Source of the DNA: Azolla caroliniana
Taxonomy: Eukaryota > Plantae > Polypodiophyta
Assembly (NCBI GenBank): GCA_043228905.1
Contig: JBHGNT010000007.1
Span: 19,220,001-19,284,000, forward strand
DNA length: 64,000 bases
Direction of reading: 5' to 3'
The translations under genes were made by a program, and so were the position numbers. The notes below the pieces were generated by a model. The model was given only the letters and a program-made list of their open reading frames with translations, had not been told where the DNA came from and did not search any database. Positions 40,214-52,285 of this stretch are shown in pieces (the first letter of the stretch is position 1; each line of letters begins with the position of its first letter).

Positions 40214-40355
40214 TCTACAAGCCATGTCAAGGACTCTAGCATTAGTCTCTCATATCTACAAGCCATGTGACAAACTCTATGTTATCCTCTCATATATTGT
40301 GTTAGCCTCTCATATCTACAAGCCTGTGCAGGACTCTAGAGTTAGCCTCATATAT
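40214..40355. repeat. degenerate ~41-bp tandem repeat (TCTACAAGCCATGT...ACTCTA...TTAG.CTCTCATA), ~3.5 copies
   Basis: TCTACAAGCC at ~40214, 40255 and 40315. Confidence 0.75.
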
Positions 40356-41435
40356 CCATGTGGATAGATGTCACAATGCAATTATTGGGAGCTGACATGA
40401 GTTAGAGCCTCTACTAGAATTAGTTTTCACACATCTTGGCTTCATAATCTCATGTCTCACAAGAGCCATTGCCTAAACAATCCTACAAATCATAGATATG
40501 AGAGACCTCTCCATTAGACCTCCATCAAATTGTTAAGCGCATAGAAATCAGCTTTGGGTAGTCTAGCAATTAATCTACACTCGTGGCTTTGAAAGAGGGT
40601 GGGAGTAAGCAATGTAAATTGAGTTATATAAGAAAGAAATTGATTCTTTATCAGATAACAGACAGATTTGCACAAAAAAATACAGTTTTCATTCAATCAA
40701 ATTGACTGCCATTCAGAAATACCACACAACACAAAATCCTCAGCCACCTAAATGTTCCAAAACCATTTAATATCAACCATATAAAATAATCATTATGAAG
40801 AACAAAAAAACAACAAAATTCTCAGAAGCCTAAATACAGACCTGGTTACTCCGAAACCATTTATTCTCGGATGTGTAAATCAATGCATTATTAAGAATAA
40901 AATAGGATCAAAAGTGGGAACTTGAAAGTTTTTGTTTGACGAGAGACAATCCCTCCTCCCATATCTCTGAACCATTAAGTTTTTACATGGAATTCAAATA
41001 GGGAAAGATTCATACATTTTACAAGTTGCATTTGTGAAGATGTGATTTTCAGAAAGGCCTTGCAAGCAGTCACACAGTAACTGAAAGTTCCATTTATAAG
41101 AGCATTTTTTTCAATCTTTTCATGACAACTGAGAAGAACCTCATCGCCCAATAAATAACAATATAGTCATTTTCAGTTTGGACTTATCTGCTTACTCTTT
41201 AATAGTTTCACCAGAAATAGCATCTCCACATCAGTTTGGACTTATCTGCTTATTCTTTAATAGTTGCTTCGTATAGAAGGGCGATGCTTCTTTATGTATG
41301 AGAGAGCTGTATATCAGACCTTTCTTACATCAAGTCAGCTCGAGCATGCGCACAACGACAATGGAGTTAGAGCATGTATCTTCTTACCATTTGCAATGTC
41401 TACATGAATCCAAATTACACTTTCCGTTTGTCCTA

Positions 41436-44400
41436 TTACCATTGTTCACTGTCTGTGCTGACCCTGGCTGGCTTTGTTCGACGAGAACTCTTTCGTCCTT
41501 TTCCACCTTTACTGCCCTTACTTCGTCGTTGTTTTACATTAGCAATGTTGGTTGATTGAAGAAGTGGTGGTGGTGGGGAAGATGATATCATCGTTGGAGG
41601 AACAAAATCTTCAGCTCTCCAAGGGGTGCTTCGAGACGGCACAACTATATCCAAACGAGGATCGATTATCCACCTGCGTATATTAAAGAGTAAATTAAAA
41701 CGCACCATCAGATAAGACTAATTGGAAACGCATTTATGGAAACAAGTTTTCATGCATTAGGAGTGTCATTTATTGTATAATGTATGCAACCCCACAAGGT
41801 ATACCAAGATTTGCATGTGTCATTGAGTTCAATTCAAATGTGCAGACCCTAAGATTTTAGCTCCTCAACTAAGGCATGTGTACAGTTGTGGACTTATTTA
41901 TGGTAACTGCTGAGACCCAAATGAATATTCACATTTATAAAAATGAGTAAATAATTTTAAATCAAATATATAAACCATAGAAACCTTTTGCATTTCAGGT
42001 TCTCGGCTAAAGCATAAGAGTGTTGCATAATAGTTTTAAATGCAACTAATTCTATAACCCAAATGAATGATATCTGTATGAAATTGTGTAAATGCATTCA
42101 AAGAGTTCAGCTTCAATGAGAGTATATAGTTGTACATGCATGCTGCACAAAGGATGACATCTTTTATGAAAGTGTGTCGACAATTTAAAACCAAATACAT
42201 CAGCACAGCTCGAGTAAGGAAAACATGTGTTTTTCTTCAGGAAAATATAAGCATGTCTGATTAACATTACTAAAAACAACCACTCTATGATAATAAAAAG
42301 TGGCCAAATGGAAGAATGAGGAGATGCTATCATATCAATGGGAGAGCATGAGAACTTAGAATATAACACTTGGGGCTATCTATTAAGGAAGACCTTGAAA
42401 GGGATATTGAAGTCAAAATCTTAGAATCTATTTCGAGTCAAGGACCAAGGCACAGCTTGAGAGAAACTGGAACTGAGATTGATAAAATATATATCCATCC
42501 TCAGGAGGCCACATGTGACCCATAACAAAAGCCACTAGAGAGTGCAAAAAGTGCAAAACCATTATTCAAGAAGTAAAATGTAGAATCAGAATCTCTAATG
42601 GGCATAGACTCCAGCCAGACCAATGCATTTCTCTAAATGCTCAGCCTGCCACTCAGTACACTACAATGCAGGCAAACATCATCTGGATGATGGTCACCCA
42701 CTCGAGGTTTACAAGGCTTGAACCTCTCATAGCCACAAGTGTCATTCCTATAGATATGCACAATGGGTAAAGGTATCAATCTACTAGACCCTCTGGACGA
42801 ATAGCTATACAAGTCACAGAACATATGCAAAGTAGTTATGTACCACCTCATAAACCATACTTAATCAGAATAAACAATGATATACACTCGATATTTCCTA
42901 GAACTTATGGATATTCATTTACCAAAATTTCCATATTTTGCTCAACTCTGGAAGCTTTACAACTGTGGAATGTCCCAAAATATCCCTGTAGTGATTATTC
43001 CATGTATTTGATGAGAATTTCTGACCATGGACCAAAGCCCTAGGATATGCTTGCATGGTTTATAAGAAAGCTATGGTTATACATTTAAACAGAGATTCAA
43101 CGTGCTTTATTTCATAATTTTACAAAAAAAGAAATATGAAACTCACAAACACAAGACCGTTTCAAGTAAATATGCATTGTTGGTGGATGTTCCAATGTCA
43201 TTAAATGAGAAACATAATCATGGAGTCTGAATTCTGAGGCTCAAGAGTCTACATATTCGATATTGGTAGAATGGACCTTTGGGGATGAAGTTGGCTTTCT
43301 ATTATCTCTTATTAACAACAAACATATCGCTCATGCTCATAAGAGCAGTACATCAAGATCGATATAATCAACCATGTAAGGGAAAATTGAAATGGGAAGT
43401 GGGCTCTTATGCCCAAACACATATGTTCTACTAAAAGAAAGTCATTTATGCAAGATTCAGGTAGTCATATATCACATTCAAAGAAGCATGTATCATTTAT
43501 GGTGATTTTCTTCTCAATGAGAATTCACCAGAATATCTTCAGGTGGAGATATGTGTGCCATACCCCCTATCATTCATATGTTTGGAATGTATGAGCCATT
43601 ACGTATTAGTTTTTAGATACCAGATCAAACTTAAAAGAACATTAGCTCCAAAAATGATGGGAAAATAAATAGGAAACATGAAAGAGTGATAAGTAGATCG
43701 ACAAAAATCCATGTGCTTGTGGTCAATCCATTTATTCAGAAAAAAATATGTGCCACAGATGGATGCATAGAACAGCCCTAAAATATTGTATCCAAAATAA
43801 ACACTGTTGACAGAGTGATTCCCAAAAAGTAAGGATACACTCCAAATTGGCCCAAATGCCCTAAAATTTCAGTTATTTCCTAAAATGCCCTTGATCAATC
43901 CCAAAAGAACAATTATCTGCAATGTTTTTAAGCAATCTCATGGTCAACTCACCCTTTTTTCTGAATCAAATGCGGATTTGGGCAATTATATGGTCAACTT
44001 ACGCCATTTCTTCCTTGGGGATTGAGAAGAGGCTTGTGGGGAATTAAAGAAAACCATGAACATTTCGGATTTTTTCCCTACAAAATAAAGGTCTATAGGG
44101 TGTTTCGAGTTTTTTTTCTGTAAGAAGTTTCATTCAGAATGTTCAATCTGTTATATCTACAAAAAAACATGGCAGTGAACTATGATAATACAGTATGCAG
44201 AGGACTATACAAACTTGGAAGAGGCTTCTGAGAAAAGACAAACCTGGCAGGAAAATCATCATCAAAGTGATCCATTGATGGAAACTTCCATAGTAGTACA
44301 TCTCGCCCACAATTGCCAAGAGGTTCAATATATGACGCATTCCTCAAAAGAGCCAGAGGGCTCTTAAGAGAACCTTCATTTTCCAAACCAAAAACGTCAT

Positions 44401-45604
44401 TCCAATCCTTAATCCACGAAGGTTTTCTATGATCTTTCCAAAGAATTCTTGAATTAAGAGCAAAACCAGACCACTCCAAGGTATTTTCAAATCCAGTATT
44501 TTGTTTAGAGTCGTTGATATCATACCAACCAACAACATATCCATTTGCATTGCAAGCTGGGCCCTGAAGTGGTAACAGATATTTAGATGTAAATTCTATC
44601 TTCGGATTGCTTGAATAATCAACTTTGGCAATGGAATGCGGTTTTCTATTGCCAAGATCATTGTGTATAAGATCAGTTGGATTGAGAATACCAACAGCGA
44701 AAGCTCCAATCCATTTAACTTTATGTGCTTTCTCAAAGAAATCCAAACTGTATGTATTACTAGCGTCTGCAAACAGAACTATACCATCCAAAAGCTCATT
44801 TTGGACAAACCTGCAACATGGCCACATCAAGTTAATTTGATATTAAGATAAATCCTTCTTATACAAGGAACAGCTCAAGTTTTACCTTAATCCTTCAACT
44901 CTCAGTTTCATTTCAAAATTCATTCTTTGTTCGAGATGTTCAGGCATAGGTATTTCTAAAGCTAGATGGTGATAGGAAAGCTGTGAACTTGAAAGAAGAT
45001 CCTCTGTTTCATTTGAGATACTGCCAGCTTCAACGACAATCCAAATCAATGGACTAGAAACTAATCTTAAGGTATGAATAAGGCAATTTAAATACACTGT
45101 TTGAAAGGTATGGATGTAGGTTGGCGTGATGATAAGAAGTTGTTTCTTCTCTTCACGGCCGTAGATTCTTCTTTGTTCACCTTGTACTATATCCATAATG
45201 CGATGAGCTGCAATAGCTTGCTGAGGATCAGGATGTGGCCATGGTCTTATGAGAATTTCATGTCTTCCCACATGTACTCTGCTACTTTTTACTCCAACCG
45301 AAGATTGTAATAACGATACTGTAGAATTTTGCTCATCATTTCTCACATCTACGAAAGAAGATCCTGTTCCATTGGAAAGAATTTGGATTTTCTGTACACT
45401 TGTAGAGAAGAAAGCACCATGATGAATCTTGAACGGGACTACTATCAGGAATCCTTCTCTCGAAAGCTGAAAACCAAGTGTAAGAGAAGCAATGCAGAGC
45501 AAGAGGTGAAAGACAAATCGAAATATGTTCAATCGATCAAGAGTTTTCTCAGAGGAGACGATGCCTTGGCGGCCAATGCTTCGGTTCCTATTAACCTTTG
45601 TCAT
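41436..45604 (-). CDS. IRX14: glycosyltransferase family 43, beta-1,4-xylosyltransferase IRX14/IRX14L-like (type II membrane protein), 3 exons
   Basis: Exons 45604-44886, 44810-44244 and 41673-41436 with GT-AG introns in consistent phase. TM segment FHLLLCIASLTLGF. IRX14-typical motifs VHVGRHEILIRPWPHPDP, LLIITPTY, WIVVEAG, LPLQGPACN, LEWSGFALNSRILW, EPLGNCGRDVLLW and WIIDP. Confidence 0.92.
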
Positions 45605-47553
45605 CTGATTCTCCACTTCAACAGTATTTCTAGAAGCCAAGTGTGTCGTTCATGGTATTTGAATTGTTTCAGCATAACTATCCACATTCCATCCAACCAC
45701 AGGAAACTTGAACATAGGAGAGTGACCAAAACAAACCGTTGTAATGGAAGAAAAAAATCACCAAAATCTACACAGTTGAAAAGTTATTATGTCTGTGTAT
45801 TATGCTCCAAGATAATGTGCGAAGAAGTTCTGTATCTTCCCCAGATATGTCTGTTTGATAGAGCTCTAATGTCTTTATGCAATATCTGCTAGGAGAAGAT
45901 CTTTGAAAAAAAACTTTTACCAGGAAGAATGAAGAGATCTTTATTTACCAAATGTCTCTACCTGTAGAACTGATGACAGAGGAAGAAGATAGATCTGCAG
46001 AGGGGATTAACATTCTGATTCTATGCAGTGGTGGAGATCTTGTGTCCATCAATTATCATTCCGCTCCAAGAAAGGTCGAAATGTGGCTTGCCTGCAGAGA
46101 TGAATGATGAAATATACAGCAGAATAGAAGATTTCAGCTGCGGACACTGGTAAAAGATGAAGGAGACAGCAGAATAGAAATCTTCAGCTGCAGAATCTGA
46201 TGAAAGGTGAAGGAGACAGAATCTGAGCTATGGTAGACTGAAGGAGGTTCGACATCTTTAAGACAATTCATTTACAAAGAGCATGATATCTTTTCAGCGT
46301 GTTGTGGCTTCTTTATGGAATGATAATGATGAGCAAGTCAGCTCCAAGAGAACCAATGCTTGAAACAATATTGCTCTTCTGCAGAGATGGATGGTGTTGA
46401 TAAAAAAATTAAGTCTTTGAGAACAAGAAATAATTGAATCTCAGAATGTGATGAAAAAGGCCTGCAGAATGTGGTTCGGTAAAGGAAATCTTATAGTTAA
46501 AAATTCTCCGTGTCTTCTTCTTTCAGCAGGGTTCAGTGTGTGTTGCAAGAAGCGGTCTTTGAAGTAAAGGATCTCTAGTTATTGCGACGTGATGAATATA
46601 GATCGGCAGACAGGATGAAATGGTCTAATGTTAATTAAATCCTTCTTACATGTTTTCTTCTGTGCGGTTTCTTCTGCAGAGATGAAGCGTGCAAGAAGGA
46701 GAAGAAAGATTAGCCAGAAAACTCTACCCGCAGAATGCGATGAAGATGAAGATGAAGGAGACCTGCAGAGAGGATGATATGGTCGAAGAGAACCTTCTAA
46801 ATAATAGCTTCTCTGTGTATGGTTCCTTCCGCAGGGGATGAACGATGCAAGACAGAACAAGAAGAGAGAGATTAGGCAGGGAACTCTACCTGCAGAAGAA
46901 TGTGACGGAGATGAAGGTGAAGGAGGTTTGCAGAAAGGGATGAAATGGTCGAAGAAGAGGAGGAAGAAACAGAAGAAGGAGATGGATTGAGCAGAGGGGG
47001 ATTCCTGCAGAGTCTGAAGAAGGAAGCTACGGAGGTAGACCTAAGAGACAGAGACAGAGACAGAGAGCGAAGAAGAAGGGATATGGAAGAAGAAGAAGAA
47101 GAAGAAGAAGAAGAAACCATTATTCCTGCAGAGAAACCAAAACACGAAAGAAAAACGGTGGAGAAGGAAGGAGACGACGACGCGTTTTCTGTATTTCCCG
47201 AAATGCCCCTGGCCCTATTTTTCTTTTATCATCTATTTCCTAAAATGCCCCCCCCCCCCCCCCCCCACACTCAAGTCTTCATTGCTTTGGTCAAGTTTTT
47301 CCGTTTATTTCCCCGAAATGCCCTTGACCAATTTCTTGTTCCCTATTTCTCGAAATGCCCCTTGGTCAAATCTTCGTTGTTTTGGTCAAGATTTTCTGTT
47401 TTATTTCCTCTCGGTCCCACGATTGCAGACTTGAGCTCGGTCAGGTTTTTACCCCCTAGTCATTCCTGTGGTCAAGTTCCTGTCGAATTCTGCCCCTCGG
47501 TCATTTGGCTTTGGTCAAGTTTTTTGAGCATTCCACCAAATTCCTCTCTCTCG

Positions 47554-47810
47554 TAGGACTCGACAACCGCTCAGCTCAAGCATGAACCAAGTTGCCAAAC
47601 CGTTTGGTTTGCAGTTTGGTTCGGTTCAGGCTTGAGCCTCCTTAAATAGTTGAGGCTCTCAGCTCGGCAAGGCTCAAGTCGAACCGAACCGTTTAGGGCC
47701 AAACCGGGTAAGCTTTAACCGGTTCGGTTTAAGTTTAACAATTGTCAAACGAGTTTGGTTTGGACAAGGCCAGACTCGTTTAGCTTAAATTGAACCGTTG
47801 TCAATTCTTA
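47554..47810. mobile_element. hAT-like MITE rich in AACCG/CGGTT motifs, upstream of the IRX14-like gene
   Basis: Imperfect TIRs TAGGACTCGACAACCG / CCGTTGTCAATTCTTA. The 8-bp flanks only partly match (CTCTCTCG vs CTGACTCA). A related end is at 63075. Confidence 0.65.
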
Positions 47811-48639
47811 CTGACTCATCACATCTTCGTTGTTTCCTCAAACTTTGCCTTCGATCAAGTTCTCGTAGTTCCGTCAAGTTCCCAGTGCCCACTACCTTGG
47901 TCAAACACCTCTTCTCATTACGTCATGTTTGCCTTTCGTCATTGAGTTTCCCGTTGCCGCATTAGATTCTGGCCGGCTCGTAGTCTTTGACACTCCTTTG
48001 TGTTTGCCTTGCCATGGCATTTTCCCGTCATTGCGTTGAAATTCTGCTCAATTCAAGCCTTTGGCGTTCCCTCCACTTTGGTCCCTAGTCATCTAGTTTC
48101 CACCGTTGCATTGGATTCGGCTTAGGCCACAAGCATTTTGTCATTCCCTCAGATGATGCCCTTAGTCATCAAGTTTCCATCATCCCATCAAGATCCACTC
48201 AAGGTCACGTCTTTGTCATTTTCTTCAAATGCCCCCTTAGCAAATTCTCGTATAATCAAAAAGTCAAAATATATGGTTTTTTTTTTTTTTTTTTAAATCG
48301 TCTTTAATCTTGAAATGCTCTTGAGTTGTTTATTCCCTTATTTTTCGTCTCATATCCTCGATGATTTGTCAAAATAGTATAGCCTTTCGTTTCCCTACCG
48401 ATTATATTGATCATCATTTTTTCCATTAAAATCTTCTCACTCAAAATGTATTCCTAATTGACACTATTATTACTCCCTAATATACAAGCAAATTCTGTTT
48501 GTTTCTCTTTTTGCATTTTTTTCCTCTAAACAACCTATACCCTATTGGTAAATCACACAAGGTCATGGGCTCAAATCCTTGTCCCCCACATCTTTGTTAC
48601 ACCATATAGCATTTCTCCTAAGTAATGATCTTCCTTGTC

Positions 48640-50220
48640 CATTGAACCAATTGCAACCATTTGCATATCTTTAGAAGTTATAGTGATAAAACAACAAAAT
48701 GAAGTACATGCTCGTAATAAGAGGGAAATGCTGATTCAAATAAGGTGGATTCACATGCTTGAGATTAAAAAATTGAAAGAGAGGTTGCTTGCTATAAAGA
48801 AAATATCATTGCAAATCTAAGATACTTAGATGCCTAAAGTAAAAATCAAAATGACAATCGTAGAAGTTGAGAATGACTCATTAATCAAAGCAAATCTTGA
48901 AATGAATTTAGCATTGAGGGAAAAAGAAGTCATGAAGAAATGGAAACTTTTCTCATGAAAGATACAACAAAAGAAAATGGCAATGAAGTTAGTGCACCCA
49001 AATTCACTTCAAATGATGCATTATATGCCAAAGAGCTATGTAAAACAGAGGAAATGAACCAAAATGTTGTTCTTAATGGGTTATATGCAAGATGAGAAAC
49101 CAAACAATGCACTCTTCCTATTTGGAAATATTACGAAAATCTTCGAATATTGCTTTGTTATGCATGATGTTTGTGGTAAATGGTGCACATACAATTTATT
49201 GGAAGAGGCTAGAATTCAATCTCAATGAGCTATATACAAGGAGAAACGGAAGCAAAAAGTTGTTATTAGAGGGGTGCAAGATTGGGAATTGGAGAATGAA
49301 CTCTCCCTTGTTGAAAACATCATGAAGTTCTTCAAATATCATTTCGCAAGCGTGATGTTATGGTATATGAAGCACATAAAGTAGGTTGGAATAGGCAAGG
49401 AGGAGAATCATGTTGAGCCATTGTTTGCATGATCTTTAGATGATATGAAAATAGTTATGTTGGATAGTAACAAGGTGTACCCCAAAGGAGTGAGAATGAA
49501 TCAAGCAAGCCTATGCATCTGAGAAAGGAACTCAAAATGCATAGCAAACGATGGATGACCCATGGGACTACCTCAAGTTTGAAAATAATGATTAAGAATT
49601 GTATAGGATATTCATGGAATAAAGGCTCCCTAAAGATTAAGTGATGTCGCTTAAGGTATAGATATTATATTCTTGGTTGAAACTTGGGAATATGAAGAGA
49701 AATGTATGTACCTAATATTGATGGTTGTATTAATGTCCCATTGTCAAGTAGGTAGACCGTAGAACGTATATTATGAACGCCAAAGTTCCAGTGGGATGGA
49801 ATGGTTACTATACATATGTTTGAGAATTAATGCAACCAAAGTGATCCTCAAAGATGGAAAGTGAGATTGATGTTATTCTATTATTGTGGTCCAAGTATTG
49901 CTTTATGGAGTAGAACTGTGTGGTGACACTACCTCACTTAATATTGATGGTTGTATTAATGTCCCATCGTCAAATAGGTAGAACGTATACTATGAGTGTC
50001 AAAGTTCAAGTGGGATGGAATGGTTATTATACATATTTTTGCGAATTAATGTAACCAAAGTTATCCTCAAGGATGGGAAGTGAGCTTGATGTTATTCTAT
50101 TATTGTGGTCCAAGTATTGCTTTATGGAGTAGAACTGTGTGGTGACACTACCTCACTTAGTGCATGGAATGAAATAGAGAAAATCCAAAAAATGTTCCTA
50201 CATAGACAATTGGGTTAACA
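48640..50220 (+). mobile_element. decayed, internally deleted RTE-like LINE with a ~220-bp tandem duplication (49713-50160)
   Basis: Endonuclease-like DIIFLVETWE at ~49661; RT C-terminal VVQVLLYGVELCG...WNEIEKIQKMFL; duplicated AATATTGATGGTTGTATTAATGTCCC block. Confidence 0.65.
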
Positions 50221-52285
50221 TGTTTTCCTTTCTTCTCTCTCTCTCTCTCTCTAATACATTTGATCCCCCACTTCTTTTCGAGAGGCTTGGATGGAAATGA
50301 AACTAGGCCTAATGCAAAGTCATTTCCTTTATCGAATATGTTACACCATAACATGTTTTGTACAATACTAGAACTCTTTTAGCTCGAGTTCTATTTTTAT
50401 CTTATTTTATTTTGATGATTGGGTAAATACCTTATTTTGTTGTACACCGATTGTCTCATGGGCCAATTTTTTGCCTTAGAAGACGTTAATCTTTATTCTT
50501 TCTTTCTAACCTCACATACTCTGTAAAAAATATAGAGGACCCTCTTTTTGTAACATTGGTCATGGGTCATTATTCATGCATGCTAGCATCCCAAGGATAA
50601 TAATACATACATTGGTATGATCATCTCGCTAATAAGGTGTGTATTGTACAACACTATAGAAGCTCATTCATAGAACACCACAAATGTCACACCGAATGTC
50701 TATGTTTGTCTCTCACAATACTATAGATGTGGATCAAGAAAATCACTTTCATTCATGACAGACACTTCATCGATTGCAAAAGTCACATCTAGTCTCTGAT
50801 CTCCATTAAATATAATGTCGCTTGTGTATTTTCACAATATCATAGACAATTTGCATGATGGGTATAGATAATAGAATGTGTTCCTGAAGGAAACTCCATA
50901 TTTGTCATTAATAAGAGGGTGTTGATGACATCCCCATAGAGACTTCCTGTATGGGTATATATGGGAAATATAAGCAAAAAGAGAAGGAATGAGAAGATAT
51001 GATGGAATTGTCATTTGAACAAATCAAGTGTGAATACCACACTATAAGCACTAACTACCTCATCTATAACACGCAGCTTGTTCTTGTCAATCATCCCATA
51101 TTGGAGAACAATAAGCTAAGTTACTCTTTCTTGTGATTAACGTGTATGATTAATGTGTGCATGAGAGAGAGAGAGAGCTCAAGTGGATGTAGGTGGGTGA
51201 AATTGTTTGAAGGAGACCTATAAAGTCGCGTGCTTATCCAATCCATCCATAGTATCATCCACTAAACTTAGTGCATACGAGTGAATATTTGAAATCCTTG
51301 GATAGGTTAACAATAGCATGCTTCCAACTACAATACAACCCTAATATGATCATGTAATGAATGCATTGAACCTAATAACATTACTTTGAAAAATTGCTAG
51401 TTTCATAGACTAAAGTAGAAGCCTCATTAATTTTGTCATGTTGTGGATTCAATTACCCATCTTTTATTTAGTGCACAATGCACACCCCAACATGTTGTGC
51501 AAGTTCTACATGCCCCATTGGTATGCTTCATTTCAACGATCCATGGCATGGTATTAATGTCCTCCTTTCTTAGGAGACTAGCAAGAATAAACCACGTGTT
51601 GGAATGTTGGTTAATGCCTATGGTCCCATAGCCACCTTCTCGATGACCCATAACATTAAATGCATAATTGAACCTCGCTCTTCTTCACATTTAACTAGGA
51701 CGTTAATAATAAGCAAAGTCCTCACAATAACCTCTGGAAGTTGTTTCCATGTTTTAGCATGCCCCCAATATCTTGCGTGCTATATTAAGATCAACCTTCG
51801 ATGTTGTTCTCATCAAGAAAATACACCTGCTTTTCAGGTGAAGCCTATCCATCTTGATGACCATGATTCGGGGGGGGGGGGGGGGGGGGGAGTTTCACCA
51901 AACCACTTGATGACTTTATTCTATATATAAATTTCCAAATAGAGTAGGTTTTTTCAATAGGCTTTTGGTTCACATAATGGTGATAGTTTTGTGTTTCGAT
52001 TAACATGTGAAAGATGTCCACATCTTGAGATATCAATGTCCCAAAACTTTCTCTTTAGTTATAAAATTAACTTTCTACCTACCAATGAATCTATCACATT
52101 CAACAACTAAACTTTTCTATTCATATGGAGAGTATTAAGTAACTCTCAAACATTGCATTCTTGGATGAACGTATTTTTTTTACATTTGATATTGGATGAT
52201 AATGGAAATTACTTTAATTTTTTCGAAACAATCGAAGTATTCAAAATATTCAAGGTTGACGAAGTATTTCAGATGTTTTTAACTT

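Noticed and set aside
45605-45640. TTG start for IRX14-like exon 1 given by the ORF track
   Set aside because: This is a eukaryotic gene, and the first in-frame ATG at 45604 gives a normal short cytosolic tail before the TM helix.
46945-47556. 203-aa + strand ORF (poly-E, RD repeats, poly-P)
   Set aside because: It is a translation of the GA-rich complement of the IRX14-like leader/promoter microsatellites and a poly-C run, with no domain signal.
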